IMG/VR virus record: IMGVR_UViG_3300012016_000001 | Location: 64,001-128,000 of that record | Origin: a virus | Lineage: Duplodnaviria > Heunggongvirae > Uroviricota > Caudoviricetes | Reading direction: 5' to 3' (one strand) | Length of the DNA stretch: 64,000 nucleotides | Part shown: positions 48,668 to 59,100 of the stretch, in pieces | How the letters are laid out: each line of letters begins with the position of its first letter | Position numbering within the stretch: position 1 is the stretch's first letter | Notes under the pieces: model-generated | Seen by the model: only the letters and a program-made list of their open reading frames with translations | What the model was told of the DNA's origin: nothing | Database searches by the model: none | Made by a program: the position numbers and the translations under genes

Positions 48668-49344
48668 TATGCTGAGTATTTCTAATCATTAGGTTTGGCT
48701 GGCATAGCTAACTATCTATAATAACGTAGCTTCTTTTCTGTTAGACGTCTTTTAATTTCATTGTTTATAAATGACATATTATCATCATCTAAATCAGAAC
48801 AACAAGCATAGTTTTCTAATTGTCGGGGATCCTTAAAGATTGCTACTATAGAGACTTGTTTAATCATTGGAGCACCAAAGATAAAACAGTCATACATACC
48901 ATTTTCATTTGGAGTAGTATCTATATAAACATAAGGTCTATTTTTACCTCTTTTACGATATTTATTATAGATATTTTCCATTGGAGAAGTAGTATATCTA
49001 AAAGGAATCATTCTGTCAGTAGACCCTATATATTCTATTGCTTTGTCACCATAGTCATTATAAATTTGTGGTATTTCAAAATGGGCTATAGGGTCAGCAC
49101 AGAACTAACTTCGACATCTACATCTATCTAAATCCTTACAATCAACATTAATGCAATTAATAGCGATTAATAAGTCCTTTATAGGTAAAATTCCTTTTAA
49201 TGATTGTTCTTTCATAATCTAAAGTCTTTCATCTACTACATCATCCTCTAGCTATTCCATAGAGATAGATGGGTTATGATGATAGCCTTGTAGACCTGAT
49301 ACAACATCATTATATATTGCAGATGCTAACTTAGATACTAACAT
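48667..49344 (-). CDS. Tail ring / neck protein, 225 aa (TAG=Gln)
   Basis: MLVSKLASAIYNDVVSGLQGYHHN...HFEIPQ...IEYIGSTDR...PYVYIDTTPNENGMYDCFIF...FKDPRQL...KKLRYYRQL. Cys-rich; in frame with track fragment 48712. Confidence 0.65.
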
Positions 49345-49354
49345 AAACAAAAAT

Positions 49355-49382
49355 AGGGCAAGGGCATTTAGGCCCCTGCCCT
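49355..49382 (-). terminator. Intrinsic terminator after the 307-aa capsid-associated gene
   Basis: Minus strand reads AGGGCAGGGGC-CTAAAT-GCCCTTGCCCT-ATTTTTGTTT. Confidence 0.75.
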
Positions 49383-49401
49383 TTATCTTTAGTTAAAAAG
49401 T

Positions 49402-50325
49402 TCACGCAATAGTTGTTAGAGTACCAAGCTTTGCAAGTTCTGTTTCGAAATCAGAAGCAATAGCTTGATTTACAAAGAATACATGAGTAGTCTTTGACTT
49501 AACTTGCTGTCCAACTGCTGCACCACCCATAAGTCCTCTGTTAACACAATATTCGATAGTGTACTGATTATACTTAGCACCAACTACAGGAGTCTCGTCT
49601 TGTATAATCTTGTTCCATCTTGTATTAGCTGCAGTGGGTAGTCTGTAGTCTTTAATCATATTACGATAAGTACCAAAACCTTCCTTACCTTGTTTAACAA
49701 GAGTAATTATTGTTCCTGTGTAATTATCATTGTCTGCATCAATTGTATCAAGAGTAGCAAAAGCTCCAACAGGGCTTCCTTCTTGCCATAGACCAAGACT
49801 CTGATCCCAACCTTGAAGTTCTGCTTTAGAGAACACTTGATATTCATCTGTAGCATCAATAGTTACAGTAGCACCACTATTAGTAATATTTAGAAGTGCA
49901 TTTTCATAAACCATTTGCTGATATTTCTTAGCATTCTTTACTACTTTTGCTGCTGCCTGAGCCGCAGTTTCTCCAACCTTCCAAAGGAACTCAATATAGA
50001 AAGGTTTTCCTTTGAATAGGAGGTTATTAGCGTAGTAACTATTCTGTGAACCAGAAAGTTTAATATAAAGAGCCACTCTGAATACTCTATCTTCAGTAGT
50101 AGGAGCTGTTACTCCACTTAAGTCAATAGTTAGTTGACCAAGAACAGGGTCAGAAGCTGCTCTTTTATATATAGCCTCAACGTTATCTTTTAAGAATTTG
50201 AAGTCTCTCTTGATGTGGATTCCCACAACAGTATTCCCTTCCTTAACCTCAGTAATAAGGTCATTATTAGGGAAGTTATAGTCTTTTAGACTATTTACGA
50301 TTGTAGTTGTTGTAAATTGAAACAT
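49402..50325 (-). CDS. Probable auxiliary capsid / decoration protein, about 307 aa
   Basis: Intact in the standard code (no TAG). Starts MFQFTTTTIVN (alternative ATG at 50331). It sits in the head module and is followed by a terminator, as expected of an abundant structural protein. Function is inferred from position. Confidence 0.6.
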   Translation of the reverse strand: MFQFTTTTIVNSLKDYNFPNNDLITEVKEGNTVVGIHIKRDFKFLKDNVEAIYKRAASDPVLGQLTIDLSGVTAPTTEDRVFRVALYIKLSGSQNSYYANNLLFKGKPFYIEFLWKVGETAAQAAAKVVKNAKKYQQMVYENALLNITNSGATVTIDATDEYQVFSKAELQGWDQSLGLWQEGSPVGAFATLDTIDADNDNYTGTIITLVKQGKEGFGTYRNMIKDYRLPTAANTRWNKIIQDETPVVGAKYNQYTIEYCVNRGLMGGAAVGQQVKSKTTHVFFVNQAIASDFETELAKLGTLTTIA

Positions 50326-50342
50326 AATCAATTATCATTTAA

Positions 50343-51737
50343 TTAAGCTCTTCTTCTAGCTGTTTGCTATTGAGCGGGTTCCTACTGCTGAGCTGGATTA
50401 GCAATAGATTGAGTAACTTGTACGTGTGTTGGTAGTCTTGGGTCACTTAGGTTTTCCATGACTAGATTTACCAGCTCATTTATGATCTCTTGACATACGT
50501 AATCTGGGAATTCCATCATTTGAGAGGTATCCTCTGTTAAGTCTAATTGTTCTTGTGATAGTCTGATGTGTTGTGGTGCCTTTATATAGTCCACATAAAC
50601 TCTCTCTAACTGGAACAAGCTATTGTCTTTACCGTAACGGATTTCCATTCTTACATTTCCTGGGTTACCGTAACGTACTTGTCCGATTCTTTCTACAGCA
50701 TTTACTTGTGTTGAGCCTGCAGTTCCATTAGTGTTTCTAATATCAATAACACGGCTTACACCACCTGTTGTAGCAGCTACGTCAGGATTAGCATACTTGT
50801 TACCAAATTTGTCAAGAATATTAGAATTTCCAGGAATTGTAACTGCATAAGTTACGTCACTTGTTAAATCAGTGTGTTGAGCACTTAAATAAGCCATTAC
50901 ACTAGAATCAGTAGTACCCATCCCTTCAACGTAAGTAACTGAACTAGCTCCAGTACCACTATTTACTACTGACCAACTATTACTATCAGCAGTATATTTA
51001 ACATATACGGTTCTTGAACTTCCAACTAAGCTTTCTCCACAGCCAGTATCATCAGAGAATACTGTACTGATAGCGTTAATGTCTGGTCCGTATGGGTCTG
51101 TAGGAATCTTCCAATTGTCATTTACTCTGCACTCTGCTTCTCCATTTTGGTTAATAGAGTAACCACTCTTTCCATGATAGAAATGAGAAGTATAATCCTT
51201 ATTAGAATCAGGCTGTCCAGTCTAACCCGTAGCATTTATAAGGTCTCTATTAACATTGTGTAAAAAGTAATAAGGTCTCTTATAAGTAGGACGTGTATAC
51301 ACATTATTAATAACGGTTGACCAGCTGTCCGAAGTTAATCTTTCAGCTGCAAACTGTACATATGTATTAGCGTCATAACACTTAAAGGGTTTTAATACCT
51401 TATATTCACAAATACAGTTAAGTAAATGTAGATAATCTGTTGGAAGATCGAACTCGTAAGTTGAATCATAGAGAGAGCCCTTTCTTGTAACGTTTCTTCC
51501 TTCTGTAGTAGCATAAGGCTCGTTATTTCCTTCTGCTACTTCAAGAGTAACTGTAGATTTTAGCACTCTTACATCATCTGTAGTCTGTTGACTAATGTCA
51601 TAGATGTTATATCTCTTATTGACATACTAATCAACAGCTTTGTTGAAGAAATAATTAAAGTCTTCAAGTAAAAGGTTAGGAGCCTAAACTTTATTAAGCT
51701 CAATTAATACACCTTCATAAACTTGTCTAGCTGTCAT
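50343..51737 (-). CDS. Head-tail ring protein with a large insertion, 464 aa (TAG=Gln)
   Basis: MTARQVYEGVLIELNKVQAPNLLLEDFNYFFNKAV...LPTDYLHLLNC...RPYY...MEIRYGKD...DYIKAP...EFPDYVCQEIINEL...DPRL. Fragments 51222 and 50382 are in frame; TAA at 50343. Confidence 0.7.
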
Positions 51738-51758
51738 AATTCTATAAACAAATCATGT

Positions 51759-52613
51759 TTATTTTGTCTTATCTTGCTTAGCAGGTTTATCATCTACTAA
51801 CCCGCTATCATTATAAAGATCTGGGTAAGTATCACGTTTAATTAATTCAAATAATTTCTTATTCTTTGGATTACGCATCCAAGTTATTACAGCTTCGTCA
51901 GTTCCGCCAAGTAATGTGGTATCTCCATACCAATACATCTTATCCTTAACGTAAATGACTCCTTTATCACGAGCATCTACAAGAGCAATGCGTAAAGCGG
52001 TATCACTTCCTGTATAAAGCTTGATAATTTTATCTGGGTCTTTTTCAGCTATCTGAATTAGGTAATCTTCAACATCAGCGTCAGGCATATTATACATTCT
52101 CTTTCCAAGAATCTTAGCCATTGTAAGACGTCCACCTGCTCCGTTTTCATCATTAATAATAAAATCGATAGCTTGATGTATTTTCTTTTTACGACTGATA
52201 CGTCTATTAGTTTCAAGTCCTGGACGGTCTACGTATAGCTCTGCTATTCCATATCTCTGTTTAGAAGCATGCTTATCCATAGTCCCATCTATAAGGTTAT
52301 CACCGTTAGGACCTTTTGCCCATCTATCAGGAGCAATCATAGGATTATTTTTGATTGCCTCCCATGTAGCTGCTTGAATTTCATCGTCCAAATTAAAGAC
52401 AGTTCCGTCCTCAATTACAATTTGTTCAGTTTCCTTTATAAAGTATTTACCGCTATTTCTATCGGCATCACTTAGAATTAAATCTCCAAATGAATTAACA
52501 GGCTTTACACAATCTGGAAATCTACCTGTTTTGGGGTCTTTGCAGGGATTCATATAATATTTTATTCCTACCTTACCATATACACTACGCAATACAATAT
52601 AGTTCTCGTTCAT
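51759..52613 (-). CDS. Conserved crAss-like virion protein downstream of MCP, 284 aa
   Basis: Intact ORF with no TAG, in the conserved post-MCP position. Function not identifiable from sequence alone. Confidence 0.7.
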   Translation of the reverse strand: MNENYIVLRSVYGKVGIKYYMNPCKDPKTGRFPDCVKPVNSFGDLILSDADRNSGKYFIKETEQIVIEDGTVFNLDDEIQAATWEAIKNNPMIAPDRWAKGPNGDNLIDGTMDKHASKQRYGIAELYVDRPGLETNRRISRKKKIHQAIDFIINDENGAGGRLTMAKILGKRMYNMPDADVEDYLIQIAEKDPDKIIKLYTGSDTALRIALVDARDKGVIYVKDKMYWYGDTTLLGGTDEAVITWMRNPKNKKLFELIKRDTYPDLYNDSGLVDDKPAKQDKTK

Positions 52614-52642
52614 ATTATCATATAAGAAATAAATTTAAATAT

Positions 52643-52667
52643 GGAAGGAGGTATTGTTCCTCCTTCC
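52643..52667 (-). terminator. Stem-loop downstream of MCP (terminator or mRNA-stabilising hairpin)
   Basis: Perfect 9-bp inverted repeat GGAAGGAGG-N7-CCTCCTTCC followed by an A/T-rich tail without a clean U-run. Confidence 0.65.
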
Positions 52668-52688
52668 CTTATCTAGATGATACGCTTA

Positions 52689-54110
52689 TCAGACTTCTCT
52701 TAGGATAAAGCTTCTGTATGGATTGAATACACCAACACCGCTATAACCCCAGTTAATAATCTTAGAACCAGCAACAGGTGAACTTACGATACCTGAGCTT
52801 AGTCCATCCATTCCACCAACACCAGGATACTTGTTAGTAATGAAGTCACCACCCTTTAGTGTGAACATTTGGATAGGAGGCTCATTACCAGTGCTGTCAG
52901 CAGTAAGGTCTAGGCATAGGCAGTATGCTTTGTCAAATCCATATTCTCTTGAGAATGTTCTATCAACTTTGAAAGTAATTTGGTTACCACCATAGATATA
53001 AGAATCAAATGTAGCACCAACCTTTACATAGTCGTTAGCTCCTTTAGAATAGATATATGTTCCTTCAGTTCTATACTTAGCAAGATAATCACCAAGAACA
53101 GTCTGGATAAGATTCCACATTCTTTCGTTGCAGATGAACATATACTTATTACCAGTTGGGTTCTGAGCTTTCTCATTCATTGTAGCAATAACAACATTGA
53201 ATACTTCAATAGTTAGCTTGTTGAATGCATACTTGCTAGCAAATCTTTCAACTTGAGGAATAATACCGTCACCTATATAAATAGGACGACCTGTATCTGG
53301 GTCAGAAATAGTAGGTTTACCATTTACATCAACATTGCACTTGTTGAATAGTAGACCGTTATTTCTAACGTAGAGGAAATTATCAAGAAGAACCTTTTCT
53401 TTCTTATCCATCTTATAGATAGTTTCTGTTAGGTCTCCTTGGTTCTTTCCTTCAGCAATAGAGATAAACTTATCTTCGTGAGCAGCATATAGTGCAGAAT
53501 AGCTATCATCAACACGGTGTGTTGTAATGTAGTTACGATGTTTCTCAATATTGCTCTGATATTTTATATAACCTTCTTCATGTAGTTCAGGCATAGCATT
53601 GCTTTGGAATCTTGTAGTCATGCCAATTTGACAACCACTTAGGTCAAGAACTGAACTGTAGTCATTGTCAATGAGTCTAACTGTTACTTCCCAATAATTG
53701 TCAGCCTTACGTACTGGACGAGAAACTACGATACATTGCTGTCCTGTTTCATCAATCTTGAAGATGTCATATTTTTCATAGTATCTTTCTTTGAAAGCCA
53801 TCACGATGTCCTCACCGCCAGCCCCATCAGTTTCGGGAACAGCTGCAAACTCAACTCTCTTAATGTAGTTGGTTTCAACTTCCCACTCAAAGTACATACT
53901 ATTAATGCTCTGATATTTATTTCCACTCTTCTTATTTTGCCAGAAAATATTCTTTAGTGATTCTGTTAGATAAGAAGCAGTTAATTCTGGATAAAGTCTT
54001 GAAACAATACCTAACTTATGAGGTTTTGTACCTAGGAATTTGTAAAAATCTTCATAGGTTCTTGTTTCAGACATTGTTGCTCTGTTTGTAACAAAATTAG
54101 CTACTATCAT
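52689..54110 (-). CDS. Major capsid protein (crAss-like HK97 fold), 473 aa
   Basis: Size, position after an acidic scaffold-like gene, and crAss MCP-like segments such as 'SNAMPELHEEGY.KYQSN.E.HR.YITTHR' and 'GRPIYIGDGIIPQVE'. No TAG codons. Confidence 0.85.
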   Translation of the reverse strand: MIVANFVTNRATMSETRTYEDFYKFLGTKPHKLGIVSRLYPELTASYLTESLKNIFWQNKKSGNKYQSINSMYFEWEVETNYIKRVEFAAVPETDGAGGEDIVMAFKERYYEKYDIFKIDETGQQCIVVSRPVRKADNYWEVTVRLIDNDYSSVLDLSGCQIGMTTRFQSNAMPELHEEGYIKYQSNIEKHRNYITTHRVDDSYSALYAAHEDKFISIAEGKNQGDLTETIYKMDKKEKVLLDNFLYVRNNGLLFNKCNVDVNGKPTISDPDTGRPIYIGDGIIPQVERFASKYAFNKLTIEVFNVVIATMNEKAQNPTGNKYMFICNERMWNLIQTVLGDYLAKYRTEGTYIYSKGANDYVKVGATFDSYIYGGNQITFKVDRTFSREYGFDKAYCLCLDLTADSTGNEPPIQMFTLKGGDFITNKYPGVGGMDGLSSGIVSSPVAGSKIINWGYSGVGVFNPYRSFILREV

Positions 54111-54136
54111 AATAAATAAATCTTTTTAAAAGTTAA

Positions 54137-55228
54137 TTAAAAGTCTAAATCATCAATGCTTTCTATTTTGCCTACAGGTGTTGTTGCTGCTGCAGGCTTT
54201 GGTTTAGTTACGACGCGAGCTTGTTGTATTCCTTTCTTTCCATCCTCTAATCCTTTATTATATGATTCTTGTCGCGCCCTCTATATTTGTTCTTTAAACA
54301 TTGTTGTCATATCATCTACTAATGTATCCCCATTTAATGCCCACCAAGCTATGGTTACTAAACTTTCTGGGTCATTGAGTGCCTTACCTAAATTACTTAC
54401 TCCTGTTTCATCCCTTTCCAAGATAAAATCAGCAAGTGCTTGTTTGTCATTATCGTCTAATTCTAAATCTATTCCTTCTACGGCATTAAAACCTTCAATT
54501 TGGTCAGTTATAGTATCAACGAAACTATTCCACTGCTAATTTTCTCTTTCTTGAGCAATAGCTTCTTGTTGCTGTCTGTTATTATCCTCAAGTTTCTAGT
54601 ATTCTTTACGAATACCTTCCATTTGTTTTTTGAACAGAGTCTCATCTGCTTTAGCTGCTTCTAGGGCTTTCTAAAGTTCATCTTCAGTTGCATCTTCAAC
54701 ACGAGCCTGTAAATCTAGTAAGAACAGGTCTTCATCAGTTATAGAATCTATGGCATATTGTACAGGAGGTTCAGAACTACTTAATTGCTCAGAATACTGA
54801 GTTGGAGTTAATCCATTACTCCTAAGATAAGCTATAAATTGCTTTTCCTCGTCTGTATAGTTATCGGTAGGTTGAACATTTACAGCAGGTTCTTGAACAG
54901 AGCCGGTAAGAATATTTATTTGTTCTTCTTTAGTAAGGTCTTTCCAAGAACGTGTTATCTCTTTTCCATCTTCTTCTTGAAATCTAATCTTATCAGGGTC
55001 TGTAATTCCCTTAGTTTTTAATATATCGTGTATAATATTATCATCTTCTTCCTGGGCTCCTTCTTGATTAGATGGGGGCGTAATATCCTCCTATGTAGTA
55101 GATTCTTGTCCAGGATTAGTTATCCAAGTCTTCTCTGTTAAATCATCCTCTTCAGGATTTTGTGATGAAAAACCACCTGCGTTCAGGTCATCATCATTCC
55201 AATCAATTTCATCAATTCCTATTGCCAT
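54137..55228 (-). CDS. Acidic coiled-coil protein upstream of MCP (scaffold-like), 363 aa (TAG=Gln)
   Basis: MAIGIDEIDWNDDDL...; very Asp/Glu-rich N-terminus, a coiled coil 'RKEYQKLEDNNRQQQEAIAQERENQQW', and ends KIESIDDLDF* (TAA 54137). Absent from the track because of internal TAGs. Confidence 0.75.
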
Positions 55229-55253
55229 ATTTTCTTATTTTTAAGGTTCACAT

Positions 55254-55283
55254 CAAATATAAATATAAATTTCCAAAGCCAAA
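55254..55283 (-). promoter_or_regulatory. Bacteroidota sigma-70-type promoter for the scaffold/MCP operon
   Basis: Minus strand TTTG (55283-55280), an 18-nt spacer, then TATATTTG (55261-55254), which matches TAnnTTTG exactly. It lies 25 nt upstream of ATG 55228. Confidence 0.6.
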
Positions 55284-55355
55284 ATATGAAAATATAAAAT
55301 AAAAGAACTTTAATAAATTTATATCTCGACTTTGGAAATTTTATATTAAAAAATC

Positions 55356-55877
55356 TTAATCGTTAAATTTTAAGTCATTTAATCTATTTAGCCAACCTTT
55401 TAGAAACTTCTTCTAACTTGCATTAGCTGCAACAATACCTTCAAAGTGTGCTTTTCTTTTAAGCCAAAGTTTGTTAAACAACACCTTTGCATCTGGATAG
55501 TTGTTAATAGCTTCAATAGTTTTTGGACCTACTATTCCATCAACCTTTATACCAAGTACAGATTGTGGATATTTTACTCCCCATTGTCCACTTCCCCAAA
55601 TCCAGTCAACTACAAGATTAGCTATCGATTGACTGTTAATTTTATCTGCCTGCCATTTATCCCAGAATAATGTTTTAAAAACGTCTTCCCATTCTTCTTG
55701 AGATATATTTTTCAAAGTTGCCTATGTAGGGACAGACTTGCCTTTCATCTTACAATATGATTTATAAGTATTAAGAGTAATACCTTTCATAGTTGGGCCT
55801 CCTTTATCTACTGGGTCATTTGCCCAACCACCTTCCCATTTAAGAATGTGTGGAATTAATTTTTTATAATCAGCCAT
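55356..55877 (-). CDS. Endolysin, glycoside hydrolase family 108 with a peptidoglycan-binding C-terminus, 173 aa (TAG=Gln)
   Basis: 'ILKWEGGWANDPVDKGGPTMKGIT' (GH108 EGG motif), 'VDGIVGPKT' and 'SQKKFLKGWLNR'. Two in-frame TAGs at 55722 and 55413; TAA at 55356. Confidence 0.88.
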
Positions 55878-56178
55878 TTTTAACTTTAAGTATAGTTTCA
55901 ATTTGACTAAGATTAATCTTTCCTTGTTTGTCCAGTTTATCTATGGCTCCCATAAATATAGACATCTAATCTTTAGAGAATGTTATATCTTTATTAGGGT
56001 CTTTATTATAGTCCCAAGTAATAGACTATCCATTTTCATTATAACTTACTTCTTCTTTTTCTTCATCACTTAATTTTAACTCTCTCGCTAAATCATAAAT
56101 ATCAACCATTTGTGAAAGAGATCCCTCTTGGGGTAGCAATCCTAAGACTATAAGTCTATCCTTAATTTTTAATTTCAT
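55870..56178 (-). CDS. Hypothetical protein, 102 aa (TAG=Gln)
   Basis: MKLKIKDRLIVLGLLPQEGSL...KVKNG*. Overlaps both neighbours; one internal region contains TAGs. Confidence 0.65.
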
Positions 56179-59100
56179 TAACCTAATTGTGTATAATTAT
56201 AAATACCACTACCTTGTAAGTAATGTGCAGTTAGCGTAAATCCGCCTTTTACATACTTACTTCCATTTCTTACTAGTATTCTTATTCCATTATCTAGGTT
56301 TGTATCATTATCATTATTTGAATCATAGTTATTAGATTCTTTTCCAAACAAGTATAAGTCTCTATATTTAGATTTGCTGCTAGCATCAGCCTCATTATAA
56401 TACCAATCTAGATTTTCACTACTAGCATTTCCATCCTATACTGCCCAAAGTAAATATACTCCCTATTCATTGGGATCATTCGAAGGGAACTAACTATTTT
56501 TAGGACGTAATAAAAGACTTTGTCCATAATGTTCTTTTATAAATTTTGGTGCATAATAGTTGCCGAAATGATTACCAGCCTATCCAAAACCAAAGCTAGA
56601 TATAAATGCATTAGTTACAGGTGGATTAGTTTCCGGGTCTCCAAAGTTAGGTTCACCACTATTTATTGCATTTTTATAACTCTCAGCATTTGTTAGACTC
56701 TCACTAGTTTTCAAAACGTTTAAACCTGTAACAGAAAATACTAGTTTTCCATTCTTAATAGCATTAGCAATCCAAGAACTATAGGTATTATTATCAGTTA
56801 ATCTTGGAAAATATATAAAATAGTCACCTGAACAGAAACTCCTAGTATAGGTGTCATCAATATATTCATCAACCCATCTATTTCTACAATAAATATTTAC
56901 TCTATCAAATGGACTAGTAGATATACTCGCTACTATTCCAGGATAATCTACAATTGAATTGTAGGACATTTTAGCATAAGGAAGTGTAAGATTATTCTAA
57001 GTACTAGCTATTGAATAAACTGTCAAATTAAATAAAATAGAACTAGCTTCAAAAGCCATTTGGTCATCTCTCCAAACTAAGCCTCTATTACTTAGATTTA
57101 CTTCGCGAGTAGCATCACTAGATTCTGTGCCATTCATGAGCCTAAGTCCGTTACCATCAAGCACTACTTTACCAGTAGTAGTTACTATAGGGGAAACTGA
57201 AGGCTCATTATATGTATACATCTCAAATGCATCACTTATTTTAATCTTAGGATATTCTCTAGTGTAATGGGATTCATTTCTTACTAACTATGTCTAAGAA
57301 ATTTTAAATCCTCCAATAGTTCCTGACTTAGCTTCAATATTACCGCTAACAGTAAGATTACCTTCCATATCCCAGTAAAGTCCATTACCTCCAAGATTTC
57401 CTACACCATCTTGATGTAAGTTCCATAATCCAGGAATACTTAGCTGTTTTTGAAATTCTTCAAAAGCTTCTCTTGCTAAGTTTCCTCCATTATCAACATC
57501 AGTCATAGTAGTTGGGTTCCAAGTATAAGTTATAGTACCATCTCCTTCTGGATTTTTAGTAGTATATTGAACATAATTCCAAACTTGGTTAGTTACTCTC
57601 CTATAATAATGAGTTTCATACGAATGTGTTCCTGAATTATACTCTTCACATTTAGCATATATGGGACTTTCTACAGTAACATTGTTAATATTATCTACGC
57701 TTTCTGCTGAACTAGTACTACCCATGGGTTCATAACTATAAGTAGTTTTTATAGGATTACCCCATATATCTACATATAACCAAGCATGACTATTACCCTA
57801 TGTAGGTTTAAACTCTTTTACAAAATAGGTTTTCTTTATACTAGAACCTTCTTCTTTCTTTTGATAAAGTCTAAAAGTATATGGATCTCCATTATAATAT
57901 ATATCTTCTATGTATACAGCACCTGTAACCTAATTAGTAAGGCCTGGGCCATTCTATTCATTTTGATAAAGAGGAACTAAACACTATAAATCGTAAAGGG
58001 CTAAAAGCTTAGCGCTTATTTTTCCATCTGCAAATAAAGCTGTAGGTTCACTGTTTTCTGATAATTCATCTTGCTAGGTAATTATCATCACAGTATCTCC
58101 GTACAAAATTAACTTATTATTAGTTAAAAATACTCCTGCAGATTCTAAGTTACCATAACTTGGAGTATTATTAGCTAAATTTATTAAGTCCTATCTAAGA
58201 CTCTAGAATACATTAGAGCTATGTTCTATTCCAGAAGAAAGTAATAAGAAATCTTTTTCAAACTCTGCTACATTCTTACCACTAGAAAGTACAAATTCTC
58301 CTGTTAGGAATACATTTTCTCCATACAGACCAAAACCATGAGGTTGCTTGTCAACACTAAACCTGCTATCTATGATTCCATCAAGCCTTCCAAAACGTGC
58401 TTTAGTTGTTCTGGTAGGAGTAATAGTATCTTTCTTTATGTCTTGTTCCAAGATAATAGATTCTTCCTATTCTTCTCGTGATACCATTTCACCATTTTCT
58501 AGCAGTAAGTCAAATGCTTCATAAGAAGTAACTAACTATGTATACTCATTTGGGTAACCTCGTAGAACAAGTATAGTAAAGTCCGTTAAGTCCTCTTCAA
58601 ACTTACTCTACATTAAGAGTTTAATTTGCATTAATGACTAAACAGTAGTAATGTTATCTCCTGTAGGTTCTTCTTGTATTCTTACAGGATTTGATAATAT
58701 AGCTTCTCGTTCTTCCTTAGTAAATAGGTTAGAATCGAATAAATCATCAAAATTAGTTCTATATAGATTGTCTCCAGATTTATACCATACTATAATACGT
58801 GTAGGAATTTTATTCAATTCCATAGAATATGAAGTAGTAAGGCCTTCTTCGTCTGTTTTATATGCCAATGCATACTAGCCAGTTTGTATTCCTTCTACAG
58901 TATTAGTCTATATATAATAGTTACCAGTAAAAGGCAGAGCTTGTCCTTTATAAAGTTTAATAGTCTAAAAGGTTGGAGTATAATATATTACTGAATAATC
59001 AGGTCTATTTACCTAAGACATAGTATCTATAAATGGAGAGCCATCATCAGAAGATGTTATATAAACCGCATTTTGTCTTGTAACATCCCATAAATGTCCA

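Noticed and set aside
52850-52870. FTLKGG in MCP as another copy of the GG cargo motif
   Set aside because: It is a single loose match inside a folded capsid domain, lacks the terminal or linker context, and is likely coincidental.
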